Shown here: positions 55,783-64,000 of the stretch, piece by piece
Position numbering within the stretch: position 1 is the stretch's first letter
Layout of the letters: each line of letters starts with the position of its first letter
Source: a virus
Strand: one strand, 5' to 3'
Virus record (IMG/VR): IMGVR_UViG_3300032236_000679
Location: 1-64,000 of that record
Length of the DNA: 64,000 nt
Program-made: the position numbers and the translations under genes
The notes under the pieces: model-generated
The model's database searches: none
The model's input: only the letters and a program-made list of their open reading frames with translations
Told to the model about the DNA's origin: nothing

Positions 55783-58700
55783 TTATAATACCGCCTGATA
55801 TGTATTTCTTGTATTTGTAGATACATTTCGTATTCCATCATTTAGGTCTTCTAATAATGCAACCATTTGTCCCATTTGTTTTGCTAATACTGCTGTAATA
55901 TCAGGTTTATCAGGATTAGCAACTTCTACCATTGTATTTCTCATCTCTGCTGCTGCTGTTAACAGTCTGGTCTGTTGCTCTGCTTGTTCAGCAGTACGTT
56001 GAGTAGATGCTTCAGTTAAACCTTCAATAGTGCTCTTCTGCATCTGCAATGGGTCAGGCATAACTGTAGTTGGCTCATTTGGAGCAACTTTGATACTGTT
56101 GCTAATTTCAGCCATTGACTGTTGTATTGCATCAGCAGATGCACTAGTTGGAGTTGCAACAGCAGCAACATCATCCATCTTTTCCAACATTGCTTTCTGA
56201 TCAGATTTTGTCTGATCAGCATTTCTATTCATATCAATGATTGGAGCCACTAAATCTTTAATTTGACTTTCAGGAGTGACTATCTTAGCAGCCTGTTCTG
56301 TTGTTGATTTCTTTAATTCTTCTTCAACTTTCTTTCTGTAAAGACCAATTACTTGTGGGTTATATGCATCTTCACCAATTTGTATACGGTTGCCGCCTCT
56401 TGCTCCACCAGCAAACTTCTTAAGTTCTTCCTTTGTATATCCAAACTCATCAATAAGTGCTTTGATAGCACCCTGCATTTGCACTGAACTATTTTCAAAA
56501 TCACCTGTTGCAAACAGTGTTCCTTTATTAAATTCAGCAGGTAAACCAGCAATAATATTAGCAAGAGCAAGTTGAGCATTTAATTGATCCTTGCTATATT
56601 GATCAATTGATGCTTTTAGGGCTTCGGATTGCTTCTGTACTTCAGGATCAGAATATGCTGTTCTACGTGTATCAGCTGCATAATCAAGAGCAGTTGCAGG
56701 TAACTGTATATCACCTTTACCATGTTCTGCAATTAATGCTGCTTGCTTTGCTTCTAAATCTTTACGTGTTGCTTGTGCATCAGCAAATTGACTCTTTGCT
56801 GCTTGTTCAAGTGCAAGTTTTTCAGGACTAATTGTTGCTTCTGCTCTTGCACTAACTTGCTGAGGAACTGGCTTTGGCTCTTCTTTGTTTGGTTTAGCAA
56901 CAGCGACAACTTCTTCTAACTTGTCCAACATTACTTTTTGACCATCAAACCCCATATAGCCTTTGATATTATTAGCAAAGTCTCTAATTGGTGTAATAGT
57001 TTCTAGTATATCTGCATTAGATTCGTTTTTATCATATCCCAACTTTTGTAAAATCTCTGGAGGAATTGCAGTACCTTGAGCAGATGGCATTGCTTTAACT
57101 GCTGCTGGGCGATCTTCTGGTGCTAAAGCATCTCGCATTTGACGCGGACTTTGTGTCCCAGCCAAATAATTGCTCGGCATTACTGCCGAATCTAACAGTG
57201 CTTTGTGCAGTTCTTCAGGTGAAAAACTGCTTTCAACTTTTTCTTCTGGCTTTTCTTCCGGTGTTAACTGTTTAAGAACATCAACAGGAATTGCACTACC
57301 TTGTTTGTCAGGTTGTGTTACAACTTGTGCTTTAGCAGCCCTACCTTCTTCAGCATTCTTTTTAAGTTCTTCATCAACTAGTTTCTTATAAAGTCCAACA
57401 ACTCGTAAAGAATATGAATCTTCACCAATTGTTAAACTATTACTTGTATTAGCGCCGCCACCAAATTGTTTAAGTGCTTCTTTACTATATCCAAACTTAT
57501 CAATTAGTGCTTGTACTGCGGCTTCATCTTGTCTTAATCCACCTCTTCCAGTACCAAACTCACTATTCTTATTAAATTCAGATGGTAATCCAGCAATAAC
57601 ATTTCTCAACTGCTTTTGAATTTCAATTTGATCTGAATTAAACTGATAAATTGATTTTTGAATTTCTTCTGCTTGCTTCTGTAACTCTGGATCTGAATAT
57701 CCTTTTCTAACTGTGTCTGATGCAAAATCAGCCATAGTTGGTTTTAGTGTTACATCAGGAGCACCGTGTTGAGCAATAAATGCAGCCTGCTTTGCTTCCA
57801 TTTCTATCATTGCTGCATTTGCATCTGTGTACTGTGCTTTTAATCCTTGCTCCAATGCAGTAGTATCTACTGTTGGAGTCATAGTTGCTTTAACAGGTGT
57901 AGCCGCTGCTGTTGCTGCTGCTTTTGATGCTTCAGCAGCCATTCTCTTTTGTTCGTCTAAGAATCCACTAGCAGCATCTAATCCTGCTTTACTTGCTTCA
58001 ACTGCTGCTGTCTTACCTTCGTCATTTAACTTTAAGTAAGTTGATCTTAAATCAACATTTGTCTTTAGTAATTCTTTAAGTGCATCAGTAAGTTCAGGAC
58101 CGCCTCTTATTTCTAATAAGTTACCCTGCTCATCAAATCTTTCACCAGTCTTAGTGTTAAGTTTTGACTTGTCTTTAAGAGTCCAAGTATCTTCACCTGG
58201 CATTGCTTGAGCAACTGCTTGCTGCCCAGTTAAGCCATATTTCTTAATAATTTCAGCACGACTGAGTGTTGTATCTTGATTAGGATTATTGCGTTGTGCA
58301 AATGTACTTGCGGCTTCTCTTCTTAGATCAAGATCAGATTTACCTTGATCTCGTTGTTGAAGTTTTGCAAAGCCTGGATCTTCTGCAATTTTTTCTGACG
58401 CTACTTCTAACCCTTTAAATGCTGCTACACCAGCAACAACGGGTGCTGCAATTAATGCTGCGCCTGCTACCATAGATCCTGCAGATATTGCAGCAGCGCC
58501 TTCAACCGCAGCAGCACCTGCAACTAATGCTGTTTCAGCAGCAACAGCAGTTCCTGCTACTGCGGATCCTGCTCCTGTAATTAAACCAATCGCACCTTTA
58601 ACTGCACCACCAAGTGCGCCTAAACTACTAGCGCCAAATGCTAATCCAGCAATGCCAAGTGCAACCTCTCCAACAACTTTACCAATTTCTAATGCTTTTT

Positions 58701-60582
58701 CGCCAAGTGTTGATTCAAAACCAGTTTTACTGAATCTGACACCAAGAGCATTGATTTCATCAATCATGTTGTTTATTGATTCAACAGCAAGTTTCATGCT
58801 GCCAATAAACATGTTCACACTTGTTTCACTAGTTGCTGCTTGCTCTAATTTAACTTGTGCTTCATTTGCTTCAGCATTTAATTGCCCAAATTGAGTTGTT
58901 GATGGACTAATTTGTCCGCCTTTATTAGTAATATCCTTTACAGTTGAAGCAGTACTCTCTGCTGCTTTCCTTATACCCGGTGCTATTGTTATCAAAGCAT
59001 TTCTAAAATCATTTGCTGATTGCAAATATGGGCTATCTTTAGTAAATGTAGCGCCCCTTGCCTTTATTGACGCATCAGTTGCAGCATTTTGAGATTCAAG
59101 TTTAGCTTGATTTTGTAGATTTGCAAGAATAGCAGCAAATTTTTCAGTAGATTCTTCATCGCCTTGATCAATTAACTTATTTGCTTGTTGAATTGCTTGC
59201 ATCAATAACGGATCAGTTGCAATGGCGGCATTCATCACAGGGCCGCCCAATCTAACTTGATTTAAAGCTTCCTTCATATCGTTTGCTTTATCACCAAAAA
59301 CATCCATTGTAGATGAAATTTTAGTGTAAGCATCTATTTTATTTTCGTCGCCGCCAAGAGTTTGTGCTACTGCGCCTTTTTGAGATTCAAGTCTTGCTTT
59401 TTGTAATGATTTTTCTGCATCTTTGCCTACTACTGCCTGCAGAACTTTTAAATCTTTAGAATATTTTACAGTTATTTCAGCCAAATCTTTTTGAGTTTCA
59501 CTATATTTGTGACCAGTAATACGAGCCTGATCAATAGCACCAGCCATTGCCGATACTCTATCTTTTACATCAACTAATCCTAATGCATATAACTCCTGTG
59601 CTGCTTGCCCAGTAACTAATGCACCGTTTGTTTTTCCAACTAGTTTAGCGGCTTGATCAAAACTCAATCCAACTTTATGAAATGAGTCCATTCCTTGCGA
59701 AATACCATCTACTAGATCACTCATTCTCATATGAGCAGCGCCAGCAGTGTTTCTAAGTTCGTCTAATCCCTGCCCAAATAATGCACCTGCACTGCTTGCT
59801 TTGGAAAAATTATTTTCCCAGTTTTGCATAACTGGACCAATAGTATCCAGTGCTGATGTAAAGACACCTGCAACCTTACTAGCACCCTGAAGACCAGTAC
59901 CAACGACTTGGCCAGCTATACCAATGCCTCTAGCCCATTTATTTTGACTTTGTAATAGTCCGCTAGTAGATTCTTTTAATAGCGATCCGCCACCACTGAG
60001 ACTCTTAGATAATGCTTCAGTTTCTGCTTTGAGCATGCCTTGAGCAGCAGCAAGTGGTTTAGAATTTTGACTTGCATTGAATATATCTTTTACTAATGTG
60101 CCTGCACCATTAGCAAATGAAGACATATTACCATATACTTTTGTTACCGATTCCGAAAATAACTTTTGATTTGCAATTGACTTATTAGTTGCATCAACAT
60201 TTTGAATTGTTGCAGAAACTTGTTTCTTTACTGCTTCTCTTAATGCAGGAGAATCAACTGATTTTTCAATTGAATCTGTTAATTCATCCAATGCTTTTTG
60301 CTGTTCTTTAAAAGATCCACCAGACTTTCTAACTTCTTCAATTGTTTTTCTAATTTCTGCTTGATATCTTTTTTCTTGAAATGCTCGTTCTTTAGTATCA
60401 TTACCAGCAGCATTGATACCAGCACGATAATTGTCTAAATCTTTTCTAACTCTTTCAACAGTATCCGAAGCCGCAGCGACTCCTTTATTGAAAACTCTAA
60501 GCTCTTTATCCGGAAAAGCGGCTTTGAATTTAATAAGAAGTTCTTCTAATTGTTTTTGCAGTTCTTCAGGTGAGTCAGCCAT
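55783..60582 (-). CDS. Tape-measure-like / baseplate hub protein
   Basis: 1599 aa, Ala/Gln/Lys helical, with a hydrophobic G/A-rich mid-segment; adjacent to the gp26-like chaperone gene. Confidence 0.7.
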   Translation of the reverse strand: MADSPEELQKQLEELLIKFKAAFPDKELRVFNKGVAAASDTVERVRKDLDNYRAGINAAGNDTKERAFQEKRYQAEIRKTIEEVRKSGGSFKEQQKALDELTDSIEKSVDSPALREAVKKQVSATIQNVDATNKSIANQKLFSESVTKVYGNMSSFANGAGTLVKDIFNASQNSKPLAAAQGMLKAETEALSKSLSGGGSLLKESTSGLLQSQNKWARGIGIAGQVVGTGLQGASKVAGVFTSALDTIGPVMQNWENNFSKASSAGALFGQGLDELRNTAGAAHMRMSDLVDGISQGMDSFHKVGLSFDQAAKLVGKTNGALVTGQAAQELYALGLVDVKDRVSAMAGAIDQARITGHKYSETQKDLAEITVKYSKDLKVLQAVVGKDAEKSLQKARLESQKGAVAQTLGGDENKIDAYTKISSTMDVFGDKANDMKEALNQVRLGGPVMNAAIATDPLLMQAIQQANKLIDQGDEESTEKFAAILANLQNQAKLESQNAATDASIKARGATFTKDSPYLQSANDFRNALITIAPGIRKAAESTASTVKDITNKGGQISPSTTQFGQLNAEANEAQVKLEQAATSETSVNMFIGSMKLAVESINNMIDEINALGVRFSKTGFESTLGEKALEIGKVVGEVALGIAGLAFGASSLGALGGAVKGAIGLITGAGSAVAGTAVAAETALVAGAAAVEGAAAISAGSMVAGAALIAAPVVAGVAAFKGLEVASEKIAEDPGFAKLQQRDQGKSDLDLRREAASTFAQRNNPNQDTTLSRAEIIKKYGLTGQQAVAQAMPGEDTWTLKDKSKLNTKTGERFDEQGNLLEIRGGPELTDALKELLKTNVDLRSTYLKLNDEGKTAAVEASKAGLDAASGFLDEQKRMAAEASKAAATAAATPVKATMTPTVDTTALEQGLKAQYTDANAAMIEMEAKQAAFIAQHGAPDVTLKPTMADFASDTVRKGYSDPELQKQAEEIQKSIYQFNSDQIEIQKQLRNVIAGLPSEFNKNSEFGTGRGGLRQDEAAVQALIDKFGYSKEALKQFGGGANTSNSLTIGEDSYSLRVVGLYKKLVDEELKKNAEEGRAAKAQVVTQPDKQGSAIPVDVLKQLTPEEKPEEKVESSFSPEELHKALLDSAVMPSNYLAGTQSPRQMRDALAPEDRPAAVKAMPSAQGTAIPPEILQKLGYDKNESNADILETITPIRDFANNIKGYMGFDGQKVMLDKLEEVVAVAKPNKEEPKPVPQQVSARAEATISPEKLALEQAAKSQFADAQATRKDLEAKQAALIAEHGKGDIQLPATALDYAADTRRTAYSDPEVQKQSEALKASIDQYSKDQLNAQLALANIIAGLPAEFNKGTLFATGDFENSSVQMQGAIKALIDEFGYTKEELKKFAGGARGGNRIQIGEDAYNPQVIGLYRKKVEEELKKSTTEQAAKIVTPESQIKDLVAPIIDMNRNADQTKSDQKAMLEKMDDVAAVATPTSASADAIQQSMAEISNSIKVAPNEPTTVMPDPLQMQKSTIEGLTEASTQRTAEQAEQQTRLLTAAAEMRNTMVEVANPDKPDITAVLAKQMGQMVALLEDLNDGIRNVSTNTRNTYQAVL

Positions 60583-60611
60583 ATTAAAATTTTTACCTCA
60601 TTTTTGTCCCA

Positions 60612-60638
60612 CTAAATACATGGCACTAGTTATTTATA
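60612..60638. promoter_or_regulatory. Opposed pair of late promoters (CTAAATA on +, TATAAATA on -)
   Basis: Both motifs lie in the 66-bp gap between the divergent tape-measure and gp26-like genes. Confidence 0.55.
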
Positions 60639-60648
60639 GGATCAAAAA

Positions 60649-61503
60649 ATGACAGCAATATCAATGAACCCATTAACCAAGCATTTTCGACAGCCTTCAA
60701 TTTACCTAACACTACCAAGTGGCGGTAAGTTTTGGCCTGATGGATCAATTGATTTACCTCTTAACGGACAAATTCCAGTTTACCCAATGACTACCAGAGA
60801 CGAAATTACCATTCGTACACCTGATGCATTGCTTAATGGTGAAGGAATTGTTAACGTAATTAGAAGTTGCTGCCCACTAATTAAAGATCCTTGGAAGATG
60901 CCCAGCATTGATGTTGATGCAGTGCTAATTGCTATCAGAATTGCTAGTTATGGTCAAAGCATGGACATTGATACTATATGCCCTAGTTCAGCATGTAAGC
61001 ATCAAAATAGTCATGCACTAGATCTTACTTTCCTATTAGATGGAATTAAAGCCCCTAATTACGACACCCCAATCGAAATTCAAGGTCTTAAGATTAAGAT
61101 TAGACCACAGAGTTATTTCGAAGGGTATAAGACAAACAACGCAAATTTTGAAGAGCAGAGACTATTACAAGTAGTAAACAGCCAAGAAATGAGCGAAGAA
61201 GAAAAGTTAGAGAAGTATACTATTCACATGCAAAAGCTAGTTGAAATTAGTATGAAGGTAATTGCTACAGGCACAGAATACATCGAAACCGAAGATGGCA
61301 CAAGGGTACACGACTTTGATTTCATCAAAGAATTTTATGACAACGCCGACAATAGAATCGTAAAGGCAGTTCGTAATCAGTTTGATAAGATCAATGAAAG
61401 TATGGCTCTTCCCAGACCACGTGTTCAATGCAGCGAATGTGAATTTGAATATCCTGTAGAAGTAGAGTTTGATTATACTCGTTTTTTCAACAACGCCTCT
61501 TAA
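60649..61503 (+). CDS. Baseplate hub assembly protein (T4 gp26-like)
   Basis: Y.TLPSGG, YPMT..DEI, DVDA.LIAIRIASYG, CP..C, C.EC motifs. Confidence 0.8.
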   Translation: MTAISMNPLTKHFRQPSIYLTLPSGGKFWPDGSIDLPLNGQIPVYPMTTRDEITIRTPDALLNGEGIVNVIRSCCPLIKDPWKMPSIDVDAVLIAIRIASYGQSMDIDTICPSSACKHQNSHALDLTFLLDGIKAPNYDTPIEIQGLKIKIRPQSYFEGYKTNNANFEEQRLLQVVNSQEMSEEEKLEKYTIHMQKLVEISMKVIATGTEYIETEDGTRVHDFDFIKEFYDNADNRIVKAVRNQFDKINESMALPRPRVQCSECEFEYPVEVEFDYTRFFNNAS

Positions 61504-61718
61504 CATTAGATCGTGACGGGATTATTAAGTTAATCGAAGACTATGAACGTCAAGTTAAGGGGCTAAAGGAAGAAGCACTTCGTATGTGTTGGTACATGCG
61601 TGGCGGTCTCACTTATGACGAAGCAGTTGACTTAAGTTTTCAAGAACGAGAAATTATTAACAGTATCATTAAACAAAACATGGAAATTACACAGAAGACA
61701 GGAACTCCATTCTTCTAA
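61482..61718 (+). CDS. Start-less -1 frame ORF (gp51-like / tail-chaperone extension), probably reached by frameshift; absent from the ORF track
   Basis: Translates FFQQRLLTLDRDGIIKLIEDYERQVKGLKEEALRMCWYMRGGLTYDEAVDLSFQEREIINSIIKQNMEITQKTGTPFF*. It begins at slippery TTTTTTC, with an in-frame TGA at 61470. Confidence 0.7.
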   Translation, partial: FFQQRLLTLDRDGIIKLIEDYERQVKGLKEEALRMCWYMRGGLTYDEAVDLSFQEREIINSIIKQNMEITQKTGTPFF

Positions 61719-61734
61719 TTGTATTCATATGCAT

Positions 61735-62130
61735 TGTGTGGTTGCTTTGCAGCAACCAGTTAACTCACTTACGTTCGTTAACATTTTCTCTTGATACTTT
61801 TTGTTAGATTAGATGTCATACTGATCCCTTTACGGGATCAGTGACAAAGAAACTTTTGTTGAGTTCTCCGTCATACTGTAGAAAAAGGAAACTTTATTAC
61901 AAGAAGGGCGGTTGGCCGGTACCCTATTATTCCAGCTGAATTCCAACGGTACAGTAGTAATGCCTTAACCAGCAAACATTATTACTGCTGTGGTTGCTTT
62001 TTCTCAGAGCCACAATCATTTAGCCTATCGCAAGCCGTGCGTTGTCCGCTTTCACGATTATCGGGGCGTGAGACCTTCTATTTTTAACAGATAAGGGACT
62101 ATATAGCCTGAGGTGCCTACGATGCCAAGT
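61735..62130. ncRNA. Candidate ~400-nt structured noncoding element
   Basis: Dense hairpins (TGGTTGCT/AGCAACCA, GTTAAC..GTTAAC, CTGATCCC/GGGATCAG, CAGTAGTAATG/CATTATTACTG, TGTGGTT/AGCCACA, TCACG/CGTGA); no ORF in the track; raised GC. Confidence 0.45.
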
Positions 62131-62152
62131 AGTTCAATTATATATCTTTTTG

Positions 62153-63280
62153 TTATTTCACTTTGTAGAATTTACTAAAACAGCCAATTAAGCCTTTTTC
62201 GAAAGTATTTTGATTACACCACGAGGGTGCAATCTGTGATTTTAAATCGTCTAAGCCCATCTTCCAATTTTTATAAGCCAATATGTTTTCGTTTCTGAAC
62301 CAGTATTCATTCTCCTGGTATAATGGATTATAAGGCTTTTTTACCTTAAACACAATATCTTTACAGTAATCCTGATATACTAGAGGGTTGATTATAGAAT
62401 AATATTCTTCTGGTACTAGGCCTTTGCCTGAACGAAAATCTAATAGATTTCTTAGATGTGGATTCATATCAAACCATGCACTGATAACTTGTGCTTGCTT
62501 TGATAACAGTTCTGGCAAGTCAGGTGACCAATAGAATAATTCATCGTTTTCCCAGTATAGATCGTTGACTTGATTAAAATCTCCTACACTGATGCTAAGT
62601 TGCACATCAAGAAAATACATGTAATAACTACCATCTTGAAATGTAACTCGAGGTTTATCAATGCCATGTATGAATCCTACACGACGTCCTTTATCATACT
62701 GCATCAAATAATTTCTTGTAGAATTATGAATTAATATGTTTTTAGGCATTGATGCATTGTATCTAACACCAGGATTGAAATCTAAGATCCAATTCTTGTT
62801 GTCATAATACTTGAGCAAATCATCTGTATAATCATAAAAAGTAACTTTAGTATTAAAGTTTACATCTAATTTCTTCAGTATTGGTATTGCTTGCAGTTCG
62901 ATTTCGCTACGTAGATTCCATGCTTCGTCGCTAGAGTTTGCTGTTGATTCCGTGCCTTTGAAAGGACCAAAGATTAAAATTTCATCTAAGAAAATATTGT
63001 TGTCGATAAACGATCTTAGAATCGTATAACTGTCTATGCCGCCACTATAGCAGAGTACAAGATAATCATATTTTTCTCTAAGTTGTTTTGCTCTTAGTGC
63101 ATACAAACTTTTTAATGTCATCTCAACTGGGCTTTGCCAATCAAATGTTTCAAATATATCGTCGTTGAAGTTCCAATGTACCCCAGTATTTGTTTTTTGA
63201 TCCTCAACAATTGCATCTACTTTTCGATAGAATTTTTGATTACCAACTTGATAAAATCCTCTTTTGTCAATTTCGTTCAA
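62153..63280 (-). CDS. PP-loop (adenine nucleotide alpha-hydrolase-like) enzyme
   Basis: LVLCYSGGIDS motif, G.DKP; paralogous in style to 4682..5506. Confidence 0.7.
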   Translation of the reverse strand: MNEIDKRGFYQVGNQKFYRKVDAIVEDQKTNTGVHWNFNDDIFETFDWQSPVEMTLKSLYALRAKQLREKYDYLVLCYSGGIDSYTILRSFIDNNIFLDEILIFGPFKGTESTANSSDEAWNLRSEIELQAIPILKKLDVNFNTKVTFYDYTDDLLKYYDNKNWILDFNPGVRYNASMPKNILIHNSTRNYLMQYDKGRRVGFIHGIDKPRVTFQDGSYYMYFLDVQLSISVGDFNQVNDLYWENDELFYWSPDLPELLSKQAQVISAWFDMNPHLRNLLDFRSGKGLVPEEYYSIINPLVYQDYCKDIVFKVKKPYNPLYQENEYWFRNENILAYKNWKMGLDDLKSQIAPSWCNQNTFEKGLIGCFSKFYKVK

Positions 63281-63998
63281 AATTTACATCCTTTGCAATT
63301 TGTCGAAACTGCTGTTGTTGATTTACAAGAAAATTATCTATACTTAAAGATGTTGGTAATATGCCTAATGATTTCAAATCTAACGACATTAGTTTTGTCT
63401 GTACTTCATTTAGAATTGCAGGATCTGCTGTTGAATTGGCAACCAATGCAAACCATCTCTCATAATTGTAATCATTAATTCCATATTCTTTAACTGTACT
63501 AACAGCAGGATAGTCTGCTAATCTAGTTGAATTTAAAACTGCCAAGGGTTTAAGTAGATTTGATCTAATGTAAGGATCAACTAACATATTAGATTCAACT
63601 ACGAACTGTATATGATTACCCAATAAGTCTGCCAATGCTTCGCTGCCGCCTTTGTAAGGAACGTGTACAAAGTTATTGAACTTGGCAGTAATCAATGCAG
63701 CCAAAATATGCTGCCCACTTCCAACTCCGCTAGAACCATAATAAACAGGATTTGATTTTGCCTGTTCAACTAGTTCTAATAATGTGTTTGCAGTTACTTT
63801 ATTTGATACAACTAATAAATTTGGGATAATTCCTAAATGTTTAACAAGTATAAAATCTTTACCTAAATCGTAAGTTTCTTTTTTATCAATGATAGGACCA
63901 TCAGTTAACCCATTACTAGCAAGTGCAATTACTGTTTCATTTGTTTTTAATTTTGCAATATAATTGAAAGCAATAGCACCGCCTGCGCCTGTTTTATA
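63267..63998 (-). CDS. Bug/TctC tripartite tricarboxylate transporter substrate-binding protein, 5' end beyond the window
   Basis: The frame is open to the window end: YKTGAGGAIA...YGSSGVGSGQHIL...HVPYKGGSEALADLLGN...LAV....R...P.V.T..E.G. Confidence 0.88.
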   Translation of the reverse strand, partial: YKTGAGGAIAFNYIAKLKTNETVIALASNGLTDGPIIDKKETYDLGKDFILVKHLGIIPNLLVVSNKVTANTLLELVEQAKSNPVYYGSSGVGSGQHILAALITAKFNNFVHVPYKGGSEALADLLGNHIQFVVESNMLVDPYIRSNLLKPLAVLNSTRLADYPAVSTVKEYGINDYNYERWFALVANSTADPAILNEVQTKLMSLDLKSLGILPTSLSIDNFLVNQQQQFRQIAKDVNFERN

Positions 63999-64000
63999 TT

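Noticed and set aside
61584-61718. Independent 44-aa gene starting at MCWYMRGG
   Set aside because: Not fully excluded (GGAAGAAG lies upstream), but the protein-like open frame extends 34 codons further back to a perfect slippery site, which favours a frameshift.
63134-63478. 114-aa + strand ORF, and other short ORFs opposite purT, rnlA, the amidoligase, gp23 and the tape measure
   Set aside because: They overlap well-supported genes on the opposite strand or frame and lack RBS or recognisable motifs.

Overview
A 64-kb, AT-rich segment of a large T4-like (myovirus-type) dsDNA phage genome read in the standard genetic code. 1-17.6 kb is an accessory region: 10 tRNA genes interleaved with an HNH endonuclease and orphan enzymes (2OG-Fe(II) oxygenase, SGNH-like, methyltransferase, desaturase, PP-loop, radical SAM, SDR, parvulin, PurT). 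It continues with an RNA-repair-type block (HAD/Pnk phosphatase, Rnl1 ligase, two metallophosphoesterases) and a large amidoligase. 17.7-20.9 kb holds neck/tail-completion genes and a NUDIX hydrolase. 20.8-49.5 kb (minus strand) is a long cluster of Thr/Gly/Asn-rich fibre/baseplate genes with an S8 protease and a Cys-less glutaredoxin. 49.9-60.6 kb (minus) is the T4-like head module (gp23, gp22, gp21, core, gp20) and a tape-measure-like gene. 60.6-64 kb holds a gp26-like gene, a hairpin-rich gap, a second PP-loop enzyme and a Bug/TctC binding protein. Most notable: (i) an apparent -1 programmed frameshift at T-TTT-TTC joining the gp26-like ORF to a start-less downstream ORF absent from the ORF track; (ii) two candidate structured ncRNAs (~4031-4203 and ~61735-62130); (iii) unusual tRNAs (Thr-AGU; initiator with U1:U72, U73 and only two G-C anticodon-stem pairs); (iv) two PP-loop enzymes, each coupled to a desaturase or a TctC protein. 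All family assignments come from motif recognition by eye; no searches were run.
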